Source of the DNA: a virus
Lineage: Duplodnaviria; Caudoviricetes
Virus record (IMG/VR): IMGVR_UViG_3300012971_000031
Coordinates: 1-43,552 of that record
Reading direction: 5' to 3' (one strand)
Length of the DNA stretch: 43,552 bases
A program made the translations under genes and the position numbers. Shown here one piece after another: positions 17,883 to 26,995 of the stretch (the stretch's first letter is position 1; each line of letters begins with the position of its first letter). Below the pieces are notes generated by a model. The model was not told the DNA's origin. It saw only the letters and a program-made list of their open reading frames with translations, and ran no database searches.

Positions 17883-20015
17883 ATGTCTCAAACTAAGCTA
17901 CTCGTAGGAGGCAAGCTAGTAGACAACTGGCGTGACGCGATAGCCCGCTCCGACTGTCTTGTCAAGGCCTCTGGCATGGGTCACGATCCTGAGGCGGCTC
18001 AAAGAATCTGCGACGCTATCTCAGAGGACGCTCCTAACGTAATGGACCGGGTCTATGGTCCTAAAGGTCCGGTAGGTCAAGGTCATGCCTTAGACAAAGT
18101 CCAGAAGCTAAACCAGCTGCAAAAAAAGCAAGTCCCAAAATCTGCCGCGTCCAACAAGATGGTAGAGAACTGCGTCAAGGCGAAAATAAAGGCAGACGAT
18201 TCGCTCTCAGAGGAAGACGCAACCCAAGACTGCCAGGACGCTTTCGAAAAAAAGTCCGGCTGGTTTGACCCCACAAAGGGCCTCTCAGAAGTAGAGCCAG
18301 AGGAAACCGACAACGAGCCCGACTTACCTGAGGAGGAAGCTGAGGACGAAGAGGAATCAGCAGACATTCAGCAGGACTACGGAGAAAATCTAGGCTATAC
18401 CAAAGACAAGGGTAACACCCATGACCTTGGTAACGACGGGCCCAAGTTCGACTCGATAGCTAGCCTCGACGGTAATGATCACATCGACACTCACATGTCG
18501 CAAGACCAGAAAGACATGTACAACACCGGTCTTGATACCGACGTACACGACCCGACAGTCGACGCAGAAGACATCTCCAACGACTCGGACATACCGGACC
18601 TCCCCGACGACCAGACCGACGACGAACAAGACCAGCAAACAATGAAGGTAAAGACGGTCATGCCCGACTTTAAGGGCCCAATAATCTCAGGCCAGTCAGG
18701 TGCAGACGAGGAAGAGCAAAAGGAGGACGAGGACGAGAGTCCAGAGGAAGAGGACACCGAAGACGAGAACGACGGCAAGAGTAATAATAACAAGAAAAAG
18801 TCTTCCACTCGAAAGGCAAAGCGCATCTATAAGAACGCCCAAGTCGAGCCGTTCGAGTCAAATGGTCGCTTTTTTGTTAAAGCCTTCCTCTTAGACACTT
18901 CCTTAAATCAAAACAACTGGGGCGTTTCACCGCAGACCCTAGACGCTAACATCACTTCGTACGTAGGCAAGCCCCTGGTCTTAACTGAAAAGTTCGATCA
19001 CCCTGACAGCGGAGATCCCAACTTAGATCACGCCCTACTTTATCAGGAGCTCTACCGAATAGGCTCGGTAACCGACGTCGTCAAGAACGGTACAAGATAC
19101 GACGCAGTCTGTGAGATAACCGACCCCTACGCGATAGATGCATGGCGCATGGGCGAGATTCCTTTGTACGTTTCACCGCAGCTCTACAAACAGGACGCGT
19201 CAGAGTCAGACAGATCTATCTCAAAGTGGCAAGGCACTCACTTAGCTCTAGTCAAAGACCCGGCGTTTGGCGTCAAGGTCGCAACCTTCGGCGGCAGCTG
19301 CACTGGAGACCCTGACACTTGTTTAGCTCAGCTAAAGAAAGCCAGTATAATCGAGAAGCATGGGTACGGTTCGTGTGGCTACTGCAACCGAAAGCTATTA
19401 CTCTCTGCAAAAGTCTCGCCACTACAACATAACTCGCCAGAAAATGAGCCGAAAATAAACTACCCGCCTGGTTATAGTTCCCTAGAGCGGATTTCTGACT
19501 CACAAGCTCGTAATAAAGTGCCAGATCCACTAAAGCAATCTAGTGCCGTAGTTGAACTGGATGCTGCAAACAAAAAGATCGCAAGTCTAGAGCAAAAGCT
19601 TGCTATCGCGTTAAACTCCAACAAAGAAAAGGATTCGGTAAACTCGGACCTCGCCAAGAGAATGGCGGCTCTTGAAACAGAGCACCGACGTGACAAAGTT
19701 GCAGCTATCTTATCAGCCGCAGGCATTGTTGAAAAAGAAGGTTTTGACGAACGAGTTAGCTCGTTAGCAAAATCAAACTTACCACTTGAAGAGATTCACA
19801 GTATATATCAGCCCTACGTAGAGGCAAAAAACGCTGGCCTTAATCTAAAGGGTGCTAGTAATACAACTCAGACAGAACAGGCCACCGGTAAGAAGGAAGT
19901 CCAATACGTAGAGTCAAAGGTTACAATGAAAAACGCTGCCACAGAGGCGGCGGCAGTTAATCAAAAACCGGCTTGGCTCTCGACCAGAGACTATTTGATG
20001 GAGGGAGTCACCTAG
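17883..20015 (+). CDS. Prohead protease with an acidic N-terminal region and a C-terminal scaffold
   Basis: NQNNW...VGKPLVL...DHP...IGSV...YVSP...HLALVKDPAFG; C-terminal coiled coil. Confidence 0.82.
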   Translation: MSQTKLLVGGKLVDNWRDAIARSDCLVKASGMGHDPEAAQRICDAISEDAPNVMDRVYGPKGPVGQGHALDKVQKLNQLQKKQVPKSAASNKMVENCVKAKIKADDSLSEEDATQDCQDAFEKKSGWFDPTKGLSEVEPEETDNEPDLPEEEAEDEEESADIQQDYGENLGYTKDKGNTHDLGNDGPKFDSIASLDGNDHIDTHMSQDQKDMYNTGLDTDVHDPTVDAEDISNDSDIPDLPDDQTDDEQDQQTMKVKTVMPDFKGPIISGQSGADEEEQKEDEDESPEEEDTEDENDGKSNNNKKKSSTRKAKRIYKNAQVEPFESNGRFFVKAFLLDTSLNQNNWGVSPQTLDANITSYVGKPLVLTEKFDHPDSGDPNLDHALLYQELYRIGSVTDVVKNGTRYDAVCEITDPYAIDAWRMGEIPLYVSPQLYKQDASESDRSISKWQGTHLALVKDPAFGVKVATFGGSCTGDPDTCLAQLKKASIIEKHGYGSCGYCNRKLLLSAKVSPLQHNSPENEPKINYPPGYSSLERISDSQARNKVPDPLKQSSAVVELDAANKKIASLEQKLAIALNSNKEKDSVNSDLAKRMAALETEHRRDKVAAILSAAGIVEKEGFDERVSSLAKSNLPLEEIHSIYQPYVEAKNAGLNLKGASNTTQTEQATGKKEVQYVESKVTMKNAATEAAAVNQKPAWLSTRDYLMEGVT
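19518..20015 (+). CDS. Putative nested in-frame scaffolding protein
   Basis: Internal TAGTTC at 19475; in-frame GTG 43 nt later; product is coiled coil. Confidence 0.5.
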   Translation: MPDPLKQSSAVVELDAANKKIASLEQKLAIALNSNKEKDSVNSDLAKRMAALETEHRRDKVAAILSAAGIVEKEGFDERVSSLAKSNLPLEEIHSIYQPYVEAKNAGLNLKGASNTTQTEQATGKKEVQYVESKVTMKNAATEAAAVNQKPAWLSTRDYLMEGVT

Positions 20016-20501
20016 TTGGTCGTCGCAGCTGGCGACTATTTGCCCGGTGCACTTATCCGGTCAGAGAATAAGTCCAACGTTGACGCAACTATAGTAAAGG
20101 GCAACCTTCTCATTGTTTCAGCTGGAAACTGGACGCAAAGCCCAGCTGTAGCAGGCCAAATTAACCCGTTCGCAGTAGCAGCCTCAACCCCAGCCACTTC
20201 AGACAGCACAGTTGCAGCTATTCGTGAAGGCTGGGTTTACCTGTTAGCTGGAGGAACCATACAACCCTTACAGCAAGTTCAGAACGATCCTGCTAACGCT
20301 GGCCGTGTTGTAGCTTTTGCGGCTACTGCCGTCCCAACCACACCAACGGGCGCAAACGTCCAGACCGCAGTGCAGGACAATCAGCGCATTGTCGGAATCT
20401 ACGAAGGTCATGAAAACGAGTCCTCTTATAATAACTCGGCGACGGCCTGTGCAACGGGAGACGTTATTCGAGTAAAGCTAGGCTTCGGAGGCCAATCTTA
20501 G
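20016..20501 (+). CDS. Capsid decoration/cement protein (DUF2190-like)
   Basis: Between scaffold and MCP; REGWVYLLAGGTI...VG...ATGDVIRVKL. Confidence 0.7.
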   Translation: MVVAAGDYLPGALIRSENKSNVDATIVKGNLLIVSAGNWTQSPAVAGQINPFAVAASTPATSDSTVAAIREGWVYLLAGGTIQPLQQVQNDPANAGRVVAFAATAVPTTPTGANVQTAVQDNQRIVGIYEGHENESSYNNSATACATGDVIRVKLGFGGQS

Positions 20502-20521
20502 TCGGAGGTTGATGTAACGAA

Positions 20522-21748
20522 ATGATGATTTCTCAAGAACAAGTCGACGAGAAGCTTTCTGGCTACCTAACAAAGGACGAAGCAAGAAGACACGAGAAAG
20601 CTCAGTCTACTTCATTATGGCTTAACCGCACGAAAGGAGCAGAGCACGCAGCAAACGGCAACCTCGTAAAGCCGATGCACGTCTACATAGGCGAAACAGG
20701 CAAAGGACTGCCTACATACGACGAGCCAGTCGCAGACATGCAACAAATCATAGATGGCATTAACACAGTAGCCGACCAACGCAGAAGCGGCTCGATACCA
20801 GACTACGGTAAGATAACACAAGATCCCTTTATCGGCGAGTGGAAGGCTATAGCGCAAGAGTATGACGCAAGAGTAAGACATGCCGGAGCAAACCCACTTA
20901 TGCGTAGTGCAGCTGTTGGAACCGACTCAGACTTTGCAGCTATCGATGTAGTCAACGTGATGGCAACTATGGTCAACACGGAGTTGAGAACTTTCGTACT
21001 AGAAAGAGCTCTCCCAGTTATCGGAACTCCCCAACTTACCATAAACGTCGATACGTTTACAAGATTCACCGCCGAAACGGGAGTCCCTGAAGGAGTAATG
21101 CCCACGACCAAGAGAGCCGGAGCGACCAGAGCACTGTTTAACCTGACAAAAGACGTTAGTACGATAGCTATGACAGACGAATCCCAGTTGAGATTAGTGC
21201 ACGACATGTGGCGCCAGCAAATCGATAACGCAACCACCGATTTTAAGCGTATCAAGGCGAACAAAATAGCTACAACACTAGAAGCAGCACCTAACCCAGT
21301 AACGGGCGCCGACTGGACAGCCTTCACCACGGACCACAATACGAACAGTCCGTTTAAAGACATAGGTAGCACAAGTGATACAATTTTTGCCAATAATGGA
21401 AGTCCTAACGTTATCACTTCCCACGATAAGACTTGGAGAGGATATACTCAAAGCACGTACGTCAAGGGTGTGCTTCAAGCCATACCTCTACCAAACATGT
21501 CAATGGCTAAGGTGATAACAGACGTACCAGGCATGCCAGGGTTCACGTGGTATACAGACAATGAGCACACAAGTACGATAGCTATGATCTTTGACCCAGC
21601 TGCTGTCGCGATGTTCCAAGGACCTGTCAAAACTGAACAGTACAGGCTCTCTAGAGAAGGAGTCGACGGTTTCGTTTATAGGGATTGGAATTTGCCCGCC
21701 ATACTGGTTCCGGGTCGGATACGTAAAGTAACAGGAGTAGTAACCTAA
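20522..21748 (+). CDS. Major capsid protein (HK97 fold)
   Basis: Position and size; VPEG, IAMTDES, C-terminal FVYRDW...ILVPGRIRKVTGV. Confidence 0.82.
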   Translation: MMISQEQVDEKLSGYLTKDEARRHEKAQSTSLWLNRTKGAEHAANGNLVKPMHVYIGETGKGLPTYDEPVADMQQIIDGINTVADQRRSGSIPDYGKITQDPFIGEWKAIAQEYDARVRHAGANPLMRSAAVGTDSDFAAIDVVNVMATMVNTELRTFVLERALPVIGTPQLTINVDTFTRFTAETGVPEGVMPTTKRAGATRALFNLTKDVSTIAMTDESQLRLVHDMWRQQIDNATTDFKRIKANKIATTLEAAPNPVTGADWTAFTTDHNTNSPFKDIGSTSDTIFANNGSPNVITSHDKTWRGYTQSTYVKGVLQAIPLPNMSMAKVITDVPGMPGFTWYTDNEHTSTIAMIFDPAAVAMFQGPVKTEQYRLSREGVDGFVYRDWNLPAILVPGRIRKVTGVVT

Positions 21749-21806
21749 CATAGATAAAGTAGTTTAGTTCTTACCTAAACAACTTTTTTCTTTCTTTTCT
21801 TGTATA

Positions 21807-22373
21807 ATGCACCCAAAAGTTCAAGCTTTTTACGCACAAAACAAGGACTTAGACTATATCAGCACCGTTCAAGACAAGCTCGAGGGCCAGTTTAACGAGC
21901 AAGTTACTGGCGAAAAAACCACCAAAGTCACCCGTATCTACAGAATAAAGGTCGGCGGCTTCAAGAGCTCAGAGCATGTCTGGTATGAGCAAAAAGAAAC
22001 CGGCAAAGATAACGCAGGTAACGAAATGACCTTTATGCGAACCGTTGGCAAGTACGAGATGCCCAAAGCCCAGTGGCGCTTTAACGGCGCAAACTCTAAA
22101 GAGCTCGTTGGTATATCAGACGTTCAGACCGAGTACGACTTAGCCTGGAATCCAAAGCTCATAGAAGAGCTCGAAGAGAAAGACATGATAAGTGATACAA
22201 CACAGTGTTACATCCAGACTGTGTCAAGAACATATGGGCCGTTTTATCTAGAAGCCTTCAGGTCTAGCGAGTTTGAAGACCTCGCCTTTTTGGGCCAAAA
22301 CGGTAGTTTCCCAACACCTGAACAAAAGCAAGTCTTAACAGGCAAAAAAGCGGCTGCAGCTAACAAGAGTTAG
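21807..22373 (+). CDS. Hypothetical protein downstream of MCP
   Basis: 188-aa ATG ORF with TAGTTC 42 nt upstream. Confidence 0.7.
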   Translation: MHPKVQAFYAQNKDLDYISTVQDKLEGQFNEQVTGEKTTKVTRIYRIKVGGFKSSEHVWYEQKETGKDNAGNEMTFMRTVGKYEMPKAQWRFNGANSKELVGISDVQTEYDLAWNPKLIEELEEKDMISDTTQCYIQTVSRTYGPFYLEAFRSSEFEDLAFLGQNGSFPTPEQKQVLTGKKAAAANKS

Positions 22374-22861
22374 CTAGCAAAATGGAACTGCTGTTGCGGC
22401 GGCGGCGTATACTTGGCAGTAAAGTTGTTGATAACGTCTAACATCCTCTCTTGGTTAGCTAGTTCTTGCAAGTTATACTGTACCAGGATCGAGTTCTGCT
22501 GATCAAAGTAGAGTACTGTGACCAGCTGCATCGCTATGATCGCGACTATGATGGCCGCAAACAAGTAGACGTCGCGTGGGCTGTGCCTGTTGGCTAGCCA
22601 CTTTCCAAAGTGTATGAACGCAAACGTGAGGGCCATGAAAGCGAGGCTTTGCCCTCCCACGTTAAACGGATCAAGATTGGTTCCAAAAAGTCCCAAGGTT
22701 AGTTGACTTGACGCGCTTTTCCTTGGAAGAGAAGCAATAACTTGGACGTCAGCGTCAACGGTGACGATAACACCATATACTACCCTTGCGGCTGCAGGCT
22801 TGAGTTCCTTGTTGTTTTGAAAGTACCAAAGCTCATGAGCTATGTTTTGTGTGAGGAACAC
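22370..22861 (-). CDS. Membrane protein with about 2 TM segments (true start likely downstream of 22861)
   Basis: Hydrophobic segments SLAFMALTFAFIHF and VYLFAAIIVAIIAMQLVTVLYF. Confidence 0.5.
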   Translation of the reverse strand: MFLTQNIAHELWYFQNNKELKPAAARVVYGVIVTVDADVQVIASLPRKSASSQLTLGLFGTNLDPFNVGGQSLAFMALTFAFIHFGKWLANRHSPRDVYLFAAIIVAIIAMQLVTVLYFDQQNSILVQYNLQELANQERMLDVINNFTAKYTPPPQQQFHFAS

Positions 22862-23002
22862 GAGAGCGAACGACAGTCTATGAAGGCCGTCAACAGCAGC
22901 AGCAACAACAACAACAACAACAACAATACTAATGCGCCTGTGACTCAGGACGAGGACGAGGATAAGGACATGCTACCGTCGATTGACACGCACCACGAAT
23001 AG
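22742..23002 (+). CDS. Small protein with CxC/CxxH motif and poly-Asn
   Basis: YPCGC...LCEEH; (AAC)n tract. Confidence 0.45.
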   Translation: MDVSVNGDDNTIYYPCGCRLEFLVVLKVPKLMSYVLCEEHESERQSMKAVNSSSNNNNNNNNTNAPVTQDEDEDKDMLPSIDTHHE

Positions 23003-23035
23003 TTATCAAACACTCAAGAGTCAGAATATTTTTCC

Positions 23036-23488
23036 GTGTCTTCTCAACCTCACCCTCCTTACGGTGACTTTGTACGTGCCCGCAGGCTTTCAGGCAATAG
23101 ACCTACAAGCGACCTAAGCGACACGGACTGCCAGCAAGCTATAGCTTACGGCGACGCCCGAGTTGAAAGTGAGACCGCTCACTCTAACTATACGACTGAC
23201 GATCCCATTTACCCGCTTATCGCTGAAGCCTCAGAATATTTTGCAAGTTCTTGGATAATCGACCACTACGAGTCAGAGTCAACGAAAGGCGACGATCATT
23301 ACGCTAAGGCTATGGATATCTGCTTTTCTATCAGGGAGTCAAGCCCTGACAGCCTTTTCTCGATACCAGGCATGTATATGACCTACCCGCTTAACCCGAC
23401 TCAGCCCATGTATCGCAGCTTGCCTGGAGGCGGTATAGATCCAGGCTGGGGCTCTGGCACTCAAGACGGTACTATACAATCGGAATGA
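23036..23488 (+). CDS. Head-tail adaptor (gp6/gp15-like)
   Basis: YG...RRLSG...DLSD...IA..D..V...P.LI..ASEYFA; position. Confidence 0.7.
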   Translation: MSSQPHPPYGDFVRARRLSGNRPTSDLSDTDCQQAIAYGDARVESETAHSNYTTDDPIYPLIAEASEYFASSWIIDHYESESTKGDDHYAKAMDICFSIRESSPDSLFSIPGMYMTYPLNPTQPMYRSLPGGGIDPGWGSGTQDGTIQSE

Positions 23489-23976
23489 GCAGTACCGTCT
23501 TTATCCCCGGCAAGATAGTGCCGGGCAACCTCACAGAGCCAATGTCCTTGTCGCTGCTCAACTTCATAAAGGGCAACTGGCCAGATAGCACGGCCCTTGT
23601 AAAGTCTACAGACATAAAATTCTCTACGCTGTGGTGGGATGGATACGGCTCGTACCAAGTCCACTTTCTAGACCGGTATATCCAGAGACAGCCCTACGTG
23701 TTAGGCTGGAATATGGACTATGCAGAGGACTATGTCGACCTGCATATCTTTGTCAGAAAAAACAGTCCGACTAGGCCTCTTGAATTGGACGACATAAAGA
23801 GGAGCGCTGAAAGTCTTATCATGCCCTTTCGCAGGAACGTTCCACAAATACAAACAGGCGCGGCGTGTATGAAAATATTGAGAACGTACGACGAGCCCAT
23901 ACGTACGTTCGTCACCGATCTGTGGCACTCTGTGCTACAGGTCTATATACAGTACTATGTGGCTACTACTAGCTAA
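23485..23976 (+). CDS. Tail terminator/completion protein
   Basis: VDLHIFVR...D..LWHSVLQVYIQY; position. Confidence 0.65.
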   Translation: MSSTVFIPGKIVPGNLTEPMSLSLLNFIKGNWPDSTALVKSTDIKFSTLWWDGYGSYQVHFLDRYIQRQPYVLGWNMDYAEDYVDLHIFVRKNSPTRPLELDDIKRSAESLIMPFRRNVPQIQTGAACMKILRTYDEPIRTFVTDLWHSVLQVYIQYYVATTS

Positions 23977-24245
23977 TCAGGCTCGATAAGCTTTGCTTGT
24001 CTACGTACATTAGATAGGACCTTAGAAACTTCAGCGGTTCTAACGGACGGATACATTAGATACATGTCACGCTTCACTAGCCACTCACCATAGTCATAGT
24101 CTCTCGAATAGCTACCATGTCTTCCTGGTTTAGCCCGTGTCAAAAGATAAGGCCTTTTGGTGCCCCCTGTCTTAGTCGGAGCTGTGAAGAACTCATACCT
24201 AGTTGTTATGGTACGCGTTGCTGCTTCAATTTCGTCAGAGTTCAA
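23973..24245 (-). CDS. Hypothetical protein
   Basis: Last ORF of the leftward operon. Confidence 0.55.
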   Translation of the reverse strand: MNSDEIEAATRTITTRYEFFTAPTKTGGTKRPYLLTRAKPGRHGSYSRDYDYGEWLVKRDMYLMYPSVRTAEVSKVLSNVRRQAKLIEPD

Positions 24246-24247
24246 GC

Positions 24248-24397
24248 CTAGCTAGCCTCCCGGGGTTTACTTAAAGACTTCCTCCAACATGTGGGGCATA
24301 GGTACACGACGTCCCTGTACTTCGTCCTAGTGACGTGACACGTGTCCTTTTTTCCGCACTCGTCGCAGCTTACTGATGACGCTGATGATGATGTCAC
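24248..24397 (-). CDS. 49-aa zinc-finger microprotein
   Basis: Hand translation: SCDECGKK...YLCPTCW. Confidence 0.65.
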   Translation of the reverse strand: MTSSSASSVSCDECGKKDTCHVTRTKYRDVVYLCPTCWRKSLSKPREAS

Positions 24398-24513
24398 TCT
24401 CGCTTATGTACCTCCTTACCCGTGCTATGCAATAAAGCACAAGATGGACAACGCCAAAAATAAGAGTTCCAGACCTCTGCTTGTGTCCCGCATCTCCGGC
24501 ATACAGGTCTCAT
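24394..24513 (-). CDS. 39-aa zinc-ribbon microprotein
   Basis: MRPVCRRCG...WRCPSC; GTGA overlap. Confidence 0.65.
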   Translation of the reverse strand: MRPVCRRCGTQAEVWNSYFWRCPSCALLHSTGKEVHKRE

Positions 24514-24515
24514 GC

Positions 24516-24680
24516 CTAGCTGACCTCAGTTGCGATCGCGCTTTTCAGATCCTGTTTTATCCTGTCGAGGTCTACCCTATGAGTTGTCTCCAGATGGACC
24601 GTTATTTTATCTGCCGAGTATTGCGGAACCCCTGAACCACAAAGGTTACAACGATATTTGTTCCCATGCTTGTAACTCAT
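24516..24680 (-). CDS. 54-aa C2H2 zinc-finger protein
   Basis: YRCNLCG...HLETTH. Confidence 0.7.
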   Translation of the reverse strand: MSYKHGNKYRCNLCGSGVPQYSADKITVHLETTHRVDLDRIKQDLKSAIATEVS

Positions 24681-24856
24681 TTTTCTTCCTCGACTGCCAG
24701 CTTAGTGAGAATATTTTCGTACTCCCGTATGATCAGGTCATGCACGATACCGCCGCGCTGACCCTTAGGGTTTTGCTTGCGAACTTTCTCCAGCCTTTCT
24801 CTAACCAAAACGAGTAAAAGCCTTCGGTCGGTGTCAGTCAGTATGCTCTCTGTCAT
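24677..24856 (-). CDS. 59-aa helical protein
   Basis: MTESILTDTDRRLLL...EYENILTKL; ATGA overlaps at both ends. Confidence 0.6.
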   Translation of the reverse strand: MTESILTDTDRRLLLVLVRERLEKVRKQNPKGQRGGIVHDLIIREYENILTKLAVEEEK

Positions 24857-25110
24857 GTCTGTCTGTCATCATGATCACGTTTCCACCTGAATAGATCGTC
24901 TCGCATGTCTGCCCTATTTTTGGTATGAATCGCACTTCTAAAGTCTGTGAGTGCCTTCTCGCTTACTCCCTCACTCCTCATCCAGGTTTCAGCAAGAGCC
25001 ATCAACTCGATCATCTCCTCGTAAAAGTCTGAAGGTAATGGAAGGGGATCTAAAGCTTGAAGCTTTCTGATGTATTCTACCGTTACTTTTCTAAGTCTTT
25101 CGTCCCTCAT
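24853..25110 (-). CDS. Hypothetical protein
   Basis: ATG ORF in the leftward operon. Confidence 0.6.
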   Translation of the reverse strand: MRDERLRKVTVEYIRKLQALDPLPLPSDFYEEMIELMALAETWMRSEGVSEKALTDFRSAIHTKNRADMRDDLFRWKRDHDDRQT

Positions 25111-25140
25111 GGTTTTGCCTGCCTCCTTTCCTCGTATGCA

Positions 25141-25368
25141 TCAGCCTTCCCTCTTTGTCCTGTTTTCACGTTCGTCTAGTACCCTGTTGATCTCTTCCGC
25201 TATGCTCGGCTTTTTCGTGCCCTTATTTCGCTGCCATCTTCCAAGGAGGACAAGAATGACGAGCCAGACACCGCCGCCTATTGGAAAGATTATCCCAGGC
25301 AGGAACCAGCACGCTATAAAGTTCACAACGCCGTAAACGATCAGTGCGTTACCCAGCTTTCGACCCAT
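25141..25368 (-). CDS. Small 2-TM membrane protein
   Basis: Hydrophobic N-terminal half, charged tail. Confidence 0.6.
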   Translation of the reverse strand: MGRKLGNALIVYGVVNFIACWFLPGIIFPIGGGVWLVILVLLGRWQRNKGTKKPSIAEEINRVLDERENRTKREG

Positions 25369-25374
25369 TTACAT

Positions 25375-25779
25375 TCACACTCCTAGCAACTTGTCTGCTT
25401 GCTCCTTGATGAGGTCCATTGCGCGCTTGGCCATCTCTTCTATTTTCTCCGTTAGTGCCTCGCCTTCTGGATATGAGTAAGTCATCGCATACTTTGTACA
25501 CTCGCAGACTTCAAGCAGGGCCAGGTAAGCAGCTGCTATATTGATGCCACTTTGTTTTAGCGTCGCAACAGTATCGAGTAAGGCGTCGGCTGCGATCTTG
25601 CGGTCGTGGTGGAAGTCTCGCTCTAAGTCTTCTGCGTCCATCATCTTCTCATTCTCCTTTTGTGGCTGAGACGACTCAGCTGCCACGCTCTTCATGACTT
25701 TGTAACAAGTGTTGCAAAAGTCTGATGCAACTGTCGGAAAGTCTAGCGCGATGCCGCATCTAATACAGTAGCGTGTCAC
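25375..25779 (-). CDS. Zinc-finger + helical protein
   Basis: YCIRCG...FCNTC. Confidence 0.65.
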   Translation of the reverse strand: MTRYCIRCGIALDFPTVASDFCNTCYKVMKSVAAESSQPQKENEKMMDAEDLERDFHHDRKIAADALLDTVATLKQSGINIAAAYLALLEVCECTKYAMTYSYPEGEALTEKIEEMAKRAMDLIKEQADKLLGV

Positions 25780-25907
25780 TTCTTAGTAATCAGCCTCCTT
25801 AGAATTTGATCGTAAGTCTCGCCTTTGACTCCTTTTGAACGAATCAGGTCGCGCGTCTCCTTACTAATTGTGATCATAGTAGTTCCCCGCTTTGTGTGCG
25901 TGACCAT
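25776..25907 (-). CDS. Ribbon-helix-helix DNA-binding protein (43 aa, not in ORF track)
   Basis: TTMITISKETRDLIRSKGVKGETYDQILRRLI matches the archaeal RHH pattern. Confidence 0.8.
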   Translation of the reverse strand: MVTHTKRGTTMITISKETRDLIRSKGVKGETYDQILRRLITKK

Positions 25908-25911
25908 TGCA

Positions 25912-26055
25912 CTAGATTACCACCCCCTCCTCGGGCTCAAACTTGACGCAACGACAAAGCCCACAGGTGTCCTGTTTAGCGAAGGGTCTAAAATGACAGC
26001 TTTTTGAGTGTGCACACAGGCACATTTGCTCGTTCGCTCGTTTACTGTAGGTCAT
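25912..26055 (-). CDS. 47-aa Cys/His microprotein similar to 365..562
   Basis: CLCAHSKSCH...CGLCRCVKF. Confidence 0.65.
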   Translation of the reverse strand: MTYSKRANEQMCLCAHSKSCHFRPFAKQDTCGLCRCVKFEPEEGVVI

Positions 26056-26178
26056 TTTTTTAACCCTCCCCTGCAGAAGTTACAGAGAGGAACCTCAAAG
26101 GGTTCGTAAGAAAATAACTCTTCTCCGCACATCTGACAGCGCGTCATATAGACGTAGTACTTGGCGTGCTCGGTCATA
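26052..26178 (-). CDS. 41-aa zinc-ribbon microprotein
   Basis: RCQMCG...LCNFC; likely ATG start near 26178. Confidence 0.6.
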
Positions 26179-26181
26179 GCT

Positions 26182-26417
26182 CTAAAGCTCCTCCAGTTTT
26201 GCATCACAGTACTCCATAAGCGCCTCGTACTTTGCCGCCAGCTCAAGTGAGCCCTCTTTCAGTTTCCCGTTTTTTGTATCCCATGCCACCCTCTCGTAGA
26301 CTTCCTTCTCGCTGGCTAGAGCGCTCCTTATCAAAAATAGTTGCTCGCTCGTTAGGTCTAGCCTGACCTTGTTGCCTCGTTCAAACGTCACGTTCTTGTT
26401 GTTACTGCTGCTGCCAG

Positions 26418-26421
<4 letters not shown>
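26182..26421 (-). CDS. Hypothetical helical protein
   Basis: LDLTSEQLFLIRSAL...; first long ORF of the operon. Confidence 0.6.
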
Positions 26422-26480
<59 letters not shown>

Positions 26481-26503
26481 TACACTCTGTACCGTAGCCT
26501 CCC

Positions 26504-26541
26504 ATATATTAGGATACCTAATGCTGTGTTAGGTTACCTAA
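26504..26541 (-). promoter_or_regulatory. Leftward TATA box overlapped by two palindromic operators TTAGG-N3-CCTAA
   Basis: TTAGGATACCTAA 26509-26521 and TTAGGTTACCTAA 26529-26541 (20-bp period); TAATATAT on the minus strand about 25-30 nt from ATG 26480. Confidence 0.7.
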
Positions 26542-26623
26542 TACTTGAAGCACCAAGGGCAAACGCCTGATGTTTTCCCCGAAAAGTGATAAAACGGCTC
26601 CTTGCAGTGCTTACACCTTGTAC

Positions 26624-26995
26624 CTACGACTGCTTGGGTGGTCGTGCATGTTTCACCGTCTTCATTGTAAGGCTTATCTTGGCCCTGGTTTCCGGAGAGT
26701 GATGCTTCCCTAGCCAAGGGGGGTTTTCGCCCTTAATCACCTTCATCCTTTGGGAGATCGCCTTTCTATTCTGTTCGCTGTGATGGTGTCCTCTAAATGA
26801 ACCGATGAATGACGACTTCTTTGAGTGAGAACTTAGACATAACTCCTCAGAACCAGCCCAAGGAGTAACGGGGATGTACATAATATGATGCATAGCCGTC
26901 ACGCCTACTCTTAGGCACTCTGAGCACTTTCCCGTCCTAGGATTCCACGAGAGTCCGATCCTCTTACCCAGAAACCTTATCCGGTTCTTTTTCAA
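26624..26995 (-). CDS. Degenerate HNH-like protein with two NUMOD3 motifs
   Basis: CSEC..MHH..ELC..H; FRGHHHSEQNRKAIS; WLGKHHSPETRAKIS. Confidence 0.7.
   Translation of the reverse strand: MKKNRIRFLGKRIGLSWNPRTGKCSECLRVGVTAMHHIMYIPVTPWAGSEELCLSSHSKKSSFIGSFRGHHHSEQNRKAISQRMKVIKGENPPWLGKHHSPETRAKISLTMKTVKHARPPKQS

Noticed and set aside
20803-21417. 204-aa antisense ORF in the MCP gene
   Set aside because: Mirror-frame shadow of a real gene with no motifs
24342-25336. Plus-strand ORFs 24342, 24530 and 25070
   Set aside because: The minus strand holds a coupled chain of motif-bearing micro-ORFs over the same span
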